A stretch of 64,000 nt of DNA from an uncultured Acidobacteriota bacterium (GTDB lineage Bacteria > Acidobacteriota > UBA6911). A program made the position numbers and the translations under genes. How positions within the stretch are numbered: position 1 is the first letter of the stretch; every line of letters begins with the position of its first letter. The notes under the pieces are model-generated. The model was not told the DNA's origin and made no database searches. It saw only the letters and a list, made by a program, of their open reading frames with translations. Of this stretch, positions 22,074-30,927 are shown one piece after another. The DNA is taken from contig CAWHCF010000052.1 of the NCBI GenBank assembly GCA_963827655.1, forward strand, positions 64,001-128,000. Direction: 5' to 3'.

Positions 22074-23122
22074 CGCGGGTCTCTCGCTCTGGCTAACCGG
22101 CGCGTCACGGCACTGAAGACCTCTTCCACCGAAATATCCATGCATTCATTCTGAGTCGGGCAGCTCCGGCCGTAGCAGAAGCTGCAAGGAAGCAGATGCA
22201 CCACGACTTCGTCATGCTGCGATAGCGGCCCGTTCCGAACCGGTGAGGTCGGGCCGAAGACCCCGACCACAGGGGTTCCCAGCATTGACGCAAGATGAAA
22301 CGGGCCCGTGTCTCCTCCGATCACCAGCCGCGCTCCCTGGTAAAGCGGAATCAATTGGCGGAACGGGACCGAAAACTGCCGGGGTGGCGCCCCCGTGCAG
22401 TGACGGCACATCTCTTCGAACAGCGGCTCTTCGCCGGGCCCTGTGGTCACGACCACGCCCAGCTTCAATTCCTCCTGGATGCGCGACGCCAGCGCTCCGT
22501 ATTTCGCCGCATTCCATCGCTTGGTCGGCCAACCACCCCCCGGATTGATGACGACATACTCGGAGAGTCGGTCGACCCGAAGCCGCGCCAGTATTGTATC
22601 CCGATCGTCATCACTAACGCTGAGCGGGAATGGTCCCGAACTCGCAATTCCTCCGGCCGCGCGCGCAAGCTCCTGGTTAAGCCGCGTCACATGAGTCTGC
22701 TGCGCCGGCGGTCTCAGGTAATGATGATAAAACCAGTGAGCCGGACGCTCGCGGACGAGCTCTCGAGAAAACCCCATTCGGACCTTGGCGCCTGTCAGGT
22801 AAATCAAAAAGGCCGTCTTCAGAAGGCCCTGGAAATCGAGCGCAAGATCGTAGCGGCGGGCGCGCAGTTTGCGGATCAACCGGCCGCATTGGCGCCAGGC
22901 ATCGAGACTCCAGGGTCGGGAACGTAACGACTTTGTGTCGAGCACCATCAGCTGGTTGAGGCCGGGAAGCGCGGCCAGCAGAAATTTCATGCGCTTTTCA
23001 ACCAGCCAATCAATCTCAGCCTCCGGAAAGGCGGCGCGCAGGCTTTGGAAGGCGGGAAGCGTATGCAGAATGTCGCCCAGAGAACTCAGACGAACTACCA
23101 GGATCTTGCGCGGGAGACTCAT
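22070..23122 (-). CDS. waaC: Lipopolysaccharide heptosyltransferase I (GT9)
   Basis: ILVVRLSSLGDILHTLP, DFQGLLKTA, GGDTGPFHLA. Confidence 0.88.
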   Translation of the reverse strand: MSLPRKILVVRLSSLGDILHTLPAFQSLRAAFPEAEIDWLVEKRMKFLLAALPGLNQLMVLDTKSLRSRPWSLDAWRQCGRLIRKLRARRYDLALDFQGLLKTAFLIYLTGAKVRMGFSRELVRERPAHWFYHHYLRPPAQQTHVTRLNQELARAAGGIASSGPFPLSVSDDDRDTILARLRVDRLSEYVVINPGGGWPTKRWNAAKYGALASRIQEELKLGVVVTTGPGEEPLFEEMCRHCTGAPPRQFSVPFRQLIPLYQGARLVIGGDTGPFHLASMLGTPVVGVFGPTSPVRNGPLSQHDEVVVHLLPCSFCYGRSCPTQNECMDISVEEVFSAVTRRLARARDPR

Positions 23123-23600
23123 AGGTTTCGCTTCGCCAGGATGGTCTCGATCAGGTCCCGCGTGGAATGCCTCTTGGGGTCTCCCACGATGGCCACGCTT
23201 CCTCCGTATGAGCGGACGGTTTCTCGTTCCGGCACGGTGTCGCTGCTGTAGTCGGTTCCCTTGGCATGAATGTCCGGGGTCAGCTGCAACAGGATGTCAT
23301 CGACGGTGGGAGCGTCGAAGATCGTAACGTAGTCCACGCATTCGAGAGCCCCCACGATTTCTGATCTTTCGTCCTGGGACTGCAGCGGCCGTCCGGGTCC
23401 TTTAATCCGGGCAACCGAACTGTCGCTATTAAGCGCGACTACCAGGACATCACCGAGCGCCTTCGCCTCGCGAAGGTATCGCGTGTGTCCGACATGAATC
23501 AGATCGAAGCAGCCGTTGGCCAGGACGACCCGGCGTCCCGCAGCGCGCAGGCTTGTCACAAGCTGCTTCAATTCCGACACGGTCTTCGATTGCTTGCGGA
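23119..23600 (-). CDS. D-glycero-beta-D-manno-heptose-1-phosphate adenylyltransferase (RfaE domain II / HldC); 5' end unclear
   Basis: VLANGCFDLIHVGH, VALNSDSSV..KGPGRP, AKGTDY, STRDLI. Confidence 0.88.
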
Positions 23601-23679
23601 TCGCGGATTGCAGATAATCATGGTCGTCACCAAGAAACTCGCTTGCCGATGGAGACGCGAAGACATCCAAGCGCAATTC

Positions 23680-24743
23680 AATCCGCAACGGCAAGTCCTG
23701 GTTGATGGCGGCTCGAAGTTCCTCGGGGTCACTGTAGCCGTGCCTCGCTTCATGACAACGATACCCCCTGCGTAATTGGCGAGTCGCGCAGCTTCCTCCG
23801 GAGACCCGCCGCAGGCAAGAGCCAGAGTGAAGACGGCAATGACCGTGTCGCCCGCCCCGGTAACGTCCGCAACTTCATCGGTCCCGAAAATCGGGATATG
23901 GGTCGGAGGGCGGCCCGCCTCCAACAGCGTCATGCCGAAGCGGCCCTGAGTAACCAGAAGGTGGGCGAGTCGTTGCTTCCGAATTACCCGGCGGCCCGCC
24001 TGTTGCAGGAGCCGCGCGTTGGAACCAATTGAAACGCCCAGCGCGGACTCGAGCTCGGTTATGTTAGGCGTGATCGACGTTACGCCTTTGAACCCGGTCA
24101 TTCGGAACCTGGAATCTGCCACCACTGGAATGCGATTCTGCGCTGCCACCCTGGTCGCGGTTTCAACCAGCGACGGCGTGACGCAGCCATAACCGTAGTC
24201 GCTCAAGACAATGCCGTCCACGGAGCTTAACCTGGCGCGCAGCCGTCTCTCGGGAATTCGAAAATCAGAATCGAGTTCCGCGGCACGATCCACCCTGACA
24301 ATCTGCTGCCGAGAAGAATGGAGCGCCCCAGCCAGAATTCGCGTTTTGACGGGCGTCGCGTACGATTCGAGTCGCTGGACATCATCGACATCGGCGCCTT
24401 TGTTCGCGAGCGCCTCCACAAGAATTCGTCCCGATTCGTCGTTCCCGACCGCCCCTTCCATCCTGACATGGCATCCGAGATCGAGCAGGTTATTGGCTGC
24501 GTTAGCTGCTCCCCCGGGAATGGTGATCAGATCGCGATACTGTAGAACCAGGACCGGAGCTTCGCGTGAAACGCGCGCAATCTCCCCGTAGAGAAACTGA
24601 TCGGCAATGAGATCGCCCGCGACCACCAGGCTCCGGCGCGAGAACTGGTCCAGGATACGAAGCAGCCGGTCGCGCAAGCCTGCACTTGCGGCAACACCGG
24701 CTTTACCCTTTCGTTGCGGGAGAGGGGCCAACCGCTCCTTCAT
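23680..24743 (-). CDS. Heptose-7-phosphate kinase (RfaE domain I / HldA); frameshift near 23725, 3' end uncertain
   Basis: RVSREAPV, PGGAANAANN, LSDYGYG, DVTGAGDTV, ANYAGGIVVMKRGTATVT. The expected EELRAAI lies in another frame. Confidence 0.88.
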
Positions 24744-24766
24744 TTTGCTCTCCTGACGCGACGACT

Positions 24767-24804
24767 GTTCAATCGTCAATCGTCAATCGTAAATCGTCAA
24801 TCGC
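24767..24804. repeat. 7-mer array (family B, AATCGTC/AATCGTA), solo arm
   Basis: GTTCAATCGTCAATCGTCAATCGTAAATCGTCAATCGC, identical over 38 bp to 50955-50992. Confidence 0.92.
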
Positions 24805-25362
24805 GATGATCCATTCTGCGGCATCGGATAGGTCGCGCGCTACGTAATCAGGCTGCCGGCTCCACGTCTGCTTGTCGCTGGAGTACTCCCCTTCGCCGTA
24901 ACCGGAGAGGACGAGGATAGAGCGCGCCCGGGCCCGAAATCCCGTTTCCAGGTCACGGTAGCGATCGCCGACCATGAAACTGGCGGCGAGGTCCACGTCA
25001 AACTCGCGGGCCGCCCGCTCGAGCATTCCAAGGCCTGGCTTGCGGCAATCGCATTGACGCCGATACAAGCTGACGGTGCCCTCGGGATGGTGCGGGCAAT
25101 AGTAGATGGCGTCCAAATAGGCGCCTTCCCGTGCCAACTCCTGTCGCAGCTTGGCGTGAATCCTTTGAACCACCTCTTCAGAAAAGTATCCGCGAGCGAC
25201 TCCTGATTGGTTCGTCACCAGGATAACCCGAAGCCCGGCCCGGTTGAGCCTTCGGATGGCTGGAGCCGCGCAAGGGTAAAGTCTGAAGCGCTCCACCTGA
25301 TCGATGTAGCCAGTCTCCTCACTGACCGTGCCGTCGCGATCGATGAAGACAGCCTGGCGCAT
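24769..25362 (-). CDS. gmhB: D-glycero-D-manno-heptose-1,7-bisphosphate phosphatase
   Basis: AVFIDRDGT, VTNQSGVARG, YYCPHHP..CDCRKP, MVGDR. Confidence 0.93.
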   Translation of the reverse strand: MRQAVFIDRDGTVSEETGYIDQVERFRLYPCAAPAIRRLNRAGLRVILVTNQSGVARGYFSEEVVQRIHAKLRQELAREGAYLDAIYYCPHHPEGTVSLYRRQCDCRKPGLGMLERAAREFDVDLAASFMVGDRYRDLETGFRARARSILVLSGYGEGEYSSDKQTWSRQPDYVARDLSDAAEWIIAIDDLRLTIDD

Positions 25363-25375
25363 CGAAACCCCCACA

Positions 25376-25465
25376 TCGATTTACGATTGACGATTGACGA
25401 TTGTGGGTGCCGCCTCTCCGCGCCGGTTCAAATCGTCAATCGTCAATCGTCAATCGTAAATCGAT
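25376..25465. repeat. 7-mer-array hairpin (family B)
   Basis: ATCGATTTACGATTGACGATTGACGATTG ... AATCGTCAATCGTCAATCGTCAATCGTAAATCGAT. Confidence 0.92.
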
Positions 25466-26548
25466 CAGAAATCCCCGCGGTTCCCGGTCGAGCTGTTTCA
25501 CCGCCACGCTCAAAACCTGCTCAACTGAAATGCGGGTCATACAGCGAAAGTCAATCGGGCACTCGCGCAGGAAACAGGGGCTGCACTCTACCGCTTGCTT
25601 GATCACATGAGCGCGCGGGCTGAATGGCCCGGTGGCGGTTTCACTGGTCGATCCAAAGATCGCGATTTGCGGCACGTCAAGCGCCGCAGCCAGGTGCATG
25701 GGGCCTGAATCATTGGTAATGAACAAGCTGCAATCCTTGATGAGAGCCATCAGCTGGCCTAATGAAGTCAGGCCCGAGCATACGACCGGCGTGTGCCGCA
25801 TCTGGCCGGCGATCTCCCGGGCCAGGTGGCGTTCATCAGCGGCTCCGAAAATGAGGATCTTGGCCCCGCGCTTTTCCGCCAGCTCGTCGGCCACGCGGGC
25901 ATACCGGTCTGTGAGCCATCGCTTGGCCCAGCCATAGGCTGCGCCCGGATTCAGCCCGATGATAATCTGACCTGGCAAGGCGCCGCTTTTGGTGAGCAAT
26001 TCCCTTGCCGCCGCGGCGTCCGCGTCCCTCACTCGGACGTCGACCGAAGGGCGATACGCGCCGTTTCGCCACGGCGTGCCAGGCAAGAGTCCCGCACCCG
26101 AGAGGATACCGAGATAGTAGTAGATCTGATGGACCTTGAGCACGTCGGGGTCGATCTTGCATCGGTGAGTAAGAAACAGACCTCGACCGTCGCGCGTGTA
26201 GCCCAGTCGCTGGGGAATGCCCGCCCACCAGGCGATCAGGGCGGCCTCCATCGCGTTTTGAAGAAGTATCGCCAGGTCGAATCGCCTCTGTCGAATCTCG
26301 CGTACGATTCTTCTCAGGCCGCTCCAGCCCTGGTGCGCTCCACGCTTGTCATACTCGATAATCTCGTCAACAAAATCGACGGCGGAATATACATCCTTCA
26401 CCCAGGGCCGTACCAGGAGGGAGACCTCCGCCTGTGGAAAAAGACGGCGGATCTCCTTCAACGCAGGCACGGACATGACGGCATCACCGATCCAGTTGGT
26501 GCCTCGAACCAGGATTTTCCGCACGCGTCCGGGCTCAATCGGTCTCAT
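25436..26548 (-). CDS. waaF: Lipopolysaccharide heptosyltransferase II (GT9)
   Basis: ILVRGTNWIGDAVM, LNPGAAYG.AKRW, TNDSGPMHLAAA, CSPCFLRECP. Confidence 0.93.
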   Translation of the reverse strand: MRPIEPGRVRKILVRGTNWIGDAVMSVPALKEIRRLFPQAEVSLLVRPWVKDVYSAVDFVDEIIEYDKRGAHQGWSGLRRIVREIRQRRFDLAILLQNAMEAALIAWWAGIPQRLGYTRDGRGLFLTHRCKIDPDVLKVHQIYYYLGILSGAGLLPGTPWRNGAYRPSVDVRVRDADAAAARELLTKSGALPGQIIIGLNPGAAYGWAKRWLTDRYARVADELAEKRGAKILIFGAADERHLAREIAGQMRHTPVVCSGLTSLGQLMALIKDCSLFITNDSGPMHLAAALDVPQIAIFGSTSETATGPFSPRAHVIKQAVECSPCFLRECPIDFRCMTRISVEQVLSVAVKQLDREPRGFLIDLRLTIDD

Positions 26549-27599
26549 TTGGACTTTCAATCAGCGTTCCGACGATTCGCTGAAAGACTTCCGGCTCATG
26601 CATGCGGGTCGATTGCACCGACACCAGAAGAGGAAACTCCGGCGCCGCGGATAACTTCACCGCGTCTTTTTCGGTCGTGATCATCGCTTCGGCTCGACTG
26701 CTTCGAGCCTCCTTGACGCACTGGACCAACGCCCGTGGGCTCAACGGTTGATGATCGCGAAAAAACCGGGTTCCCACGATGCGCACGCCGAGAGTCTTGA
26801 TATCGTCGCGAAACCGCTCCGGATTTCCTACCGCGGCGACCAGAAAGGCCGAACCGGGATTGCTGTTGTTTCCGGTTATCCGTGAAGTGCTCCAGCGCTC
26901 ATACGGGACAAGGGCGTCCACCCTCTGAACACAATGCAGGATCTGGGCCCTGGGATTGATTTCTCTCACGGAAGCTTCCAGCGGATCGGCGCTCCCCTGG
27001 TAACGTCCGTTAATAAGAACAACCTGGGCGCGCTCGAGACCCGTCAGCGGCTCGCGCAGCGTACCGCGGGGGAAGACGCGATTGGCGGAGAGCGGCTGTG
27101 CGCGATCGACCACTACTATGTCGAGGTCACGGTGGAGCTTTCGATGCTGGAAACCGTCGTCCAGAATGAACACCGCATCGGGTCTTTGCTCGAGGACCCT
27201 TTGTCCCGCGGCCCGTCGGTCTTTAGATACTCCCAGCCATATTGCAGGCACGCGGCGGCGAACCAGAGCCGGTTCATCGCCGGCGCGCCGGACGAGATCC
27301 GAGACTTCGTCTTCAGGGCCAAATACCTGGATCCTGTCCCGGGAGTGTCTGCCATATCCCCGGCTCAGAAGCGCCGGGGCAGCGTTTAGCTTGCCCAGGA
27401 GCTCGGCCAGGTAGATGGCCAGCGGAGTCTTGCCGGTTCCGCCGAGTGTCAGATTGCCGATGCTGATGACCGGCCGGGGCAAGCGAGTCTGACGCAACCA
27501 CCCTGAGGCATAAAGTTCGTTGCGCGCCCGCACGATGGCTTCGAAGACAAAGCTCGGAACCGACAGGTAGGGTGACGGGGTCGCCGAAACAAAGGACAT
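26535..27599 (-). CDS. lpxK: Tetraacyldisaccharide 4'-kinase
   Basis: PVISIGNLTLGGTGKTP, LSRGYG, GDEP, LDDGFQH, PRGTLREP, TTEKDAVKL. Confidence 0.95.
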   Translation of the reverse strand: MSFVSATPSPYLSVPSFVFEAIVRARNELYASGWLRQTRLPRPVISIGNLTLGGTGKTPLAIYLAELLGKLNAAPALLSRGYGRHSRDRIQVFGPEDEVSDLVRRAGDEPALVRRRVPAIWLGVSKDRRAAGQRVLEQRPDAVFILDDGFQHRKLHRDLDIVVVDRAQPLSANRVFPRGTLREPLTGLERAQVVLINGRYQGSADPLEASVREINPRAQILHCVQRVDALVPYERWSTSRITGNNSNPGSAFLVAAVGNPERFRDDIKTLGVRIVGTRFFRDHQPLSPRALVQCVKEARSSRAEAMITTEKDAVKLSAAPEFPLLVSVQSTRMHEPEVFQRIVGTLIESPNETD

Positions 27600-27605
27600 G
27601 CGTGA

Positions 27606-28883
27606 TTATGGAATACCGGAAAGAAGAAAATCCATGGTGTTATCGGTCGCCCCCTGGTTTTGCCTGAAGGTGCTGGCAGCGCGCTGCCCGAGGATATTCC
27701 GAGCCCTGGTATTCCGGAGAAGCTCAATCAAGGCGCCAGGAAGTGATTCCAGAGTGGACTGGCGGGCTGCCTGCTCGTGCAAGAAAACCCGGGCTATCTC
27801 CCTGAAATTCGACATTTCCGGACCAAAGATGATGGCCTTGCCGAATGCGGCCGGCTCGAGCGGATTGTGTCCCCCGTGAGGAAGAAGGAAACTGCCTCCG
27901 ACTACAGCCACGGTTGCGAGAGAATAGACCGCGCGCAGCTCGCCAATGGTATCGAGCAGCACGACGTCGGCTGATAAACCGCCGTCCAATTCGGTGCGGC
28001 GCGCGAAGGCCACGCCAGAGCCTTTGAGAAGATCTGCTACTTCGTCGAATCGTTCAGGATGACGCGGGGCCAGAATCATGCGGGCGTTAGAAATCGTCTG
28101 CCGCACTTTACCAAATGCCGCCAAAAAGTGCGGCTCTTCTCCCTTCATGCTGCTTCCCACCACAATGGTGACCACCCCTTGATCCAGGCGCAGGGTCGAT
28201 TTGATCTTTGACAGCAAGTCGCGGTGCGGTTCCAGTTCGGGTATGGGGAAGTCGAATTTGAGGTTCCCTGTCACTCTGACCCGCCGCTCCTCGGCCCCCA
28301 GTTCCAGGAAGCGGTTCTTGTCTTCATGGGATTGTGTCCCGATCACCGTCAGGTGGTGGAGCATGCTGCCGGCCAGCATCTTGAGGCGCCGGTAGCGCCG
28401 CAGCGACCGGTCGGAAATTCTCCCGTTGGCAACGAAGACCGGAATCTCCTTTCGCGCGCAGGCTCTGAGGAAGTTCGGCCACAATTCCGTTTCCATGAGG
28501 ACAACGGCGCGCGGCTCCACTCTCGAGAGAAACCGCTTGACGCTGAAGTTCCAGTCAAAAGGGAAGTAGAAGACATCGGCCGCGGGCGACAGTTCTTTCC
28601 GGGCCAGCGCCTGGCCCGTCAACGTAACGGTAGAGCAGACAACCGGAAGCTGCGGCCGCGTCTTCTGGAGAGACAAGACCACAGGTTTGGCCGCCAGGAC
28701 CTCACCGACCGAGACACAATGGATCCAGAGAGGTCTCTGCCCGGGATGCGCATCCGGAAGCTTCAAGCCCAGCCGCTGTCGGAAGTTGGCTATGTACTTC
28801 TTCTCCCTGATCGCCTTATATATCCAGTAGGGAGAACCGACCAAGGCTGAAACGGTGAGAACCAGAGAGTACAGGAAATACAT
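27606..28883 (-). CDS. waaA: 3-deoxy-D-manno-octulosonic acid transferase
   Basis: WIHCVSVGE, ETELWPN, TGNLKFD, APRHPERF, GGHNPLEPA. Confidence 0.95.
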   Translation of the reverse strand: MYFLYSLVLTVSALVGSPYWIYKAIREKKYIANFRQRLGLKLPDAHPGQRPLWIHCVSVGEVLAAKPVVLSLQKTRPQLPVVCSTVTLTGQALARKELSPAADVFYFPFDWNFSVKRFLSRVEPRAVVLMETELWPNFLRACARKEIPVFVANGRISDRSLRRYRRLKMLAGSMLHHLTVIGTQSHEDKNRFLELGAEERRVRVTGNLKFDFPIPELEPHRDLLSKIKSTLRLDQGVVTIVVGSSMKGEEPHFLAAFGKVRQTISNARMILAPRHPERFDEVADLLKGSGVAFARRTELDGGLSADVVLLDTIGELRAVYSLATVAVVGGSFLLPHGGHNPLEPAAFGKAIIFGPEMSNFREIARVFLHEQAARQSTLESLPGALIELLRNTRARNILGQRAASTFRQNQGATDNTMDFLLSGIP

Positions 28884-29035
28884 GGCAGTAATAATTCCTT
28901 AATCGAGGCGCAAATGCTCTCGCCCGCATATTCTAATCAGGACCTCACCCCGTGGAAACATTTGCGTTTCGCTCTTCTTGGTGTGTTACTTGACGCGCCA
29001 ACCACGAAGGCGCGAAGACACCCAGGGCAGGATGT

Positions 29036-29346
29036 GTGCTTAACCGTTTTGGGAACCGTCCTCGTTCCCGTTCCCGTCCACGTTCCCGATCAATCGACGT
29101 CGAGGCGCTTGGTGAGCTTAATCAACATCGACACGACGCGTTCGAGCATCGCCTTGCTGGCGCGCATCGATAAGCTTGAGCCATACGCAAACGTCAAGTA
29201 TGACTGCGGACTCGGTCGCTGGCCCAGCGGGGCTGAGATAATAGCGGCGCAATCGGCATTACTGTAGGATGCCGCCGGGAAAACGGGAACGGAAACGGGA
29301 ACGTGTACGAGGAGGGAACCCCCAGTTTGGTTAAGCGCCTAAGGCC
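29036..29346 (-). mobile_element. 6-mer-array (CGTTCC/GGAACG) element, copy 1, carrying the 3' remnant of a four-helix-bundle gene
   Basis: Both arms match 30611-30897 in inverted orientation. The minus-strand interior (29090-29259) reads in pieces DCAAI..ILDVCVWLKLID..SKAMLERVVSMLIKLTKRLDVD*. Confidence 0.8.
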
Positions 29347-29378
29347 AGGATCGTCCCCTTTTGGTTAATTCCCGGCTG

Positions 29379-29387
29379 TGCTAAACT
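29379..29387 (+). promoter_or_regulatory. putative extended -10 promoter of aminotransferase-serA
   Basis: TG-C-TAAACT ~60 nt upstream of the ATG. Confidence 0.4.
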
Positions 29388-29447
29388 TCGCGTCTTTCAT
29401 CGATGAGAAGCGGGCGCCCGCGCGCTTCTCCGTGAGGGAACGGATCC

Positions 29448-30620
29448 ATGAAGCCAATCGTTAAACGCCGCGTGTTCACGCCAGGTCCCACCCCGTTGCT
29501 GCCGGAAGCGATTTTGCCGGCACTGGTGGCGCCCATGCATCACCGGAAGGGGGATTTCAAGGCGCTCTTTCGTGAGGTGCAACAGGGCCTCGGACAAGTC
29601 TTCAAGACACGAAACGAGATCCTGCTCCTAGGTTGCTCCGGAAGCGGGGCCATGGAAGCTGCCATGACCAACCTGCTGGCTCCCGGACAGAAGGCCGTCG
29701 TGGCGGTTGCGGGAAAGTTCGGCGAGCGCTGGATGGAGCTGGCTGAAAAATTCGGCGTCCGAGCTGAAGTGGTGAAGGTGCCCTACGGCCAGTCAGTGAC
29801 GCCAGACCAGATTTCCGCCGCGCTGTCTAAAGATCCTGAGATCAGCGCCGTTTTTGTCCAGGCCACAGAAACATCCACGGGCGCCCGAATGGATATTGAA
29901 AGAATCGGAGCCCTGGTCAAACGCCAGGAAAACACCCTCCTCGTGGTCGACGCTATAACGGGCCTGGGAACGTCGCCCCTGCACACCGACGAGTGGGGGC
30001 TCGACATCGTCATTGGCGGATCTCAAAAAGCGTTCATGGTTCCTCCCGGGGTTGCGATGATGTCGGTCAGCGCGAAGGCCTGGAAGCAGATTGAGAAATG
30101 TGCTCGCCCTCGCTACTACTTTGACCTCGTGCGCGAACGGGCGGGGCAGCGAGAGGGCCAGAGCGCATTTACGCCATCCATATCCATCATTCAGGGATTA
30201 AAGGCTTCGCTTGATCTCATCCTTAAGGAAGGTGTGGATGGTCTGGTATTCAACGCCTCGCTGCAGGCGGGCGCTACGCGGGCGGCCATTACCAGCTGGG
30301 GGATGAAAATATTCCCGGACTGCCCCAGCGACGCGACTACCGCGTTCGTCCCGCCGTCGGGACTCAGCGCCGCCAAGGTGCAGTCGCTCATGGAAGAAAG
30401 GTTTGGCGTATTGATAAGCGGTGGTCAGGGAAACCTCAAGGGAAAGCTTCTCCGGATCGGTCACCTGGGCTACTTCGACTTTCTGGAAACGCTCGGGATG
30501 ATCGCATGCCTTGAACTCTCCTTCGTGGAGGCGGGCGCAACCATCGAGCTGGGCACCGGAAGCCGGGCTGCCGTTGAATACTACCGGCAAGCAACGGGAG
30601 CAGGACGCCCAGGTGCTTGA
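29448..30620 (+). CDS. Class V PLP-dependent aminotransferase (alanine/serine-glyoxylate family; probable phosphoserine aminotransferase role)
   Basis: FTPGPTP, SGSGAMEAA, ETSTG, VDAI, GSQKAFMVPPG, LRIGHLG; directly upstream of serA. Confidence 0.9.
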   Translation: MKPIVKRRVFTPGPTPLLPEAILPALVAPMHHRKGDFKALFREVQQGLGQVFKTRNEILLLGCSGSGAMEAAMTNLLAPGQKAVVAVAGKFGERWMELAEKFGVRAEVVKVPYGQSVTPDQISAALSKDPEISAVFVQATETSTGARMDIERIGALVKRQENTLLVVDAITGLGTSPLHTDEWGLDIVIGGSQKAFMVPPGVAMMSVSAKAWKQIEKCARPRYYFDLVRERAGQREGQSAFTPSISIIQGLKASLDLILKEGVDGLVFNASLQAGATRAAITSWGMKIFPDCPSDATTAFVPPSGLSAAKVQSLMEERFGVLISGGQGNLKGKLLRIGHLGYFDFLETLGMIACLELSFVEAGATIELGTGSRAAVEYYRQATGAGRPGA

Positions 30621-30897
30621 GAACTGGGGATTCCCTCCTCGTACACGTTCCCGTTTCCGTTCCCGTTTTCCGCGGTATTCTATAGCAATGCCATTTGATC
30701 ACGAGCGTCTCGACGTCTACCAGGTGGCCCTGGACTTCCTGCTGCTGGCCGGTGAAGCCAGTGAGCACCTGCCACGAGGGCGCAGCCACCCATCAGACCA
30801 GCTGACGAGGGCATCCAGCTGACGTCGATCGATCGGGAACGTGCACGGGAACGGGAACGAGGACGGTTCTCCAAAACGGTTAAGCACCCCTAAGGCC
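30611..30897 (+). mobile_element. 6-mer-array element, copy 2, carrying the 5' remnant of a four-helix-bundle gene
   Basis: GTACACGTTCCCGTTTCCGTTCCCG ... CGGGAACGTGCACGGGAACGGGAACGAGGACG arms; inverted homolog of 29036-29346. Confidence 0.8.
30688..30822 (+). pseudogene. truncated four-helix-bundle (23S rRNA IVP/Avd-like) protein, N-terminal 44 aa
   Basis: MPFDHERLDVYQVALDF...LPRGRSH..DQLTRASS*; matches the family's FxHExLDVY..DQLxRAS start. Confidence 0.78.
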
Positions 30898-30927
30898 CTT
30901 TGGGGCCTTTAGTAGTGGATTTGTCTT

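Noticed and set aside
28914-29267. 117-aa plus-strand ORF
   Set aside because: Translation of repeat arms (VLVPVPVHVPD) and the antisense of the four-helix-bundle remnant.
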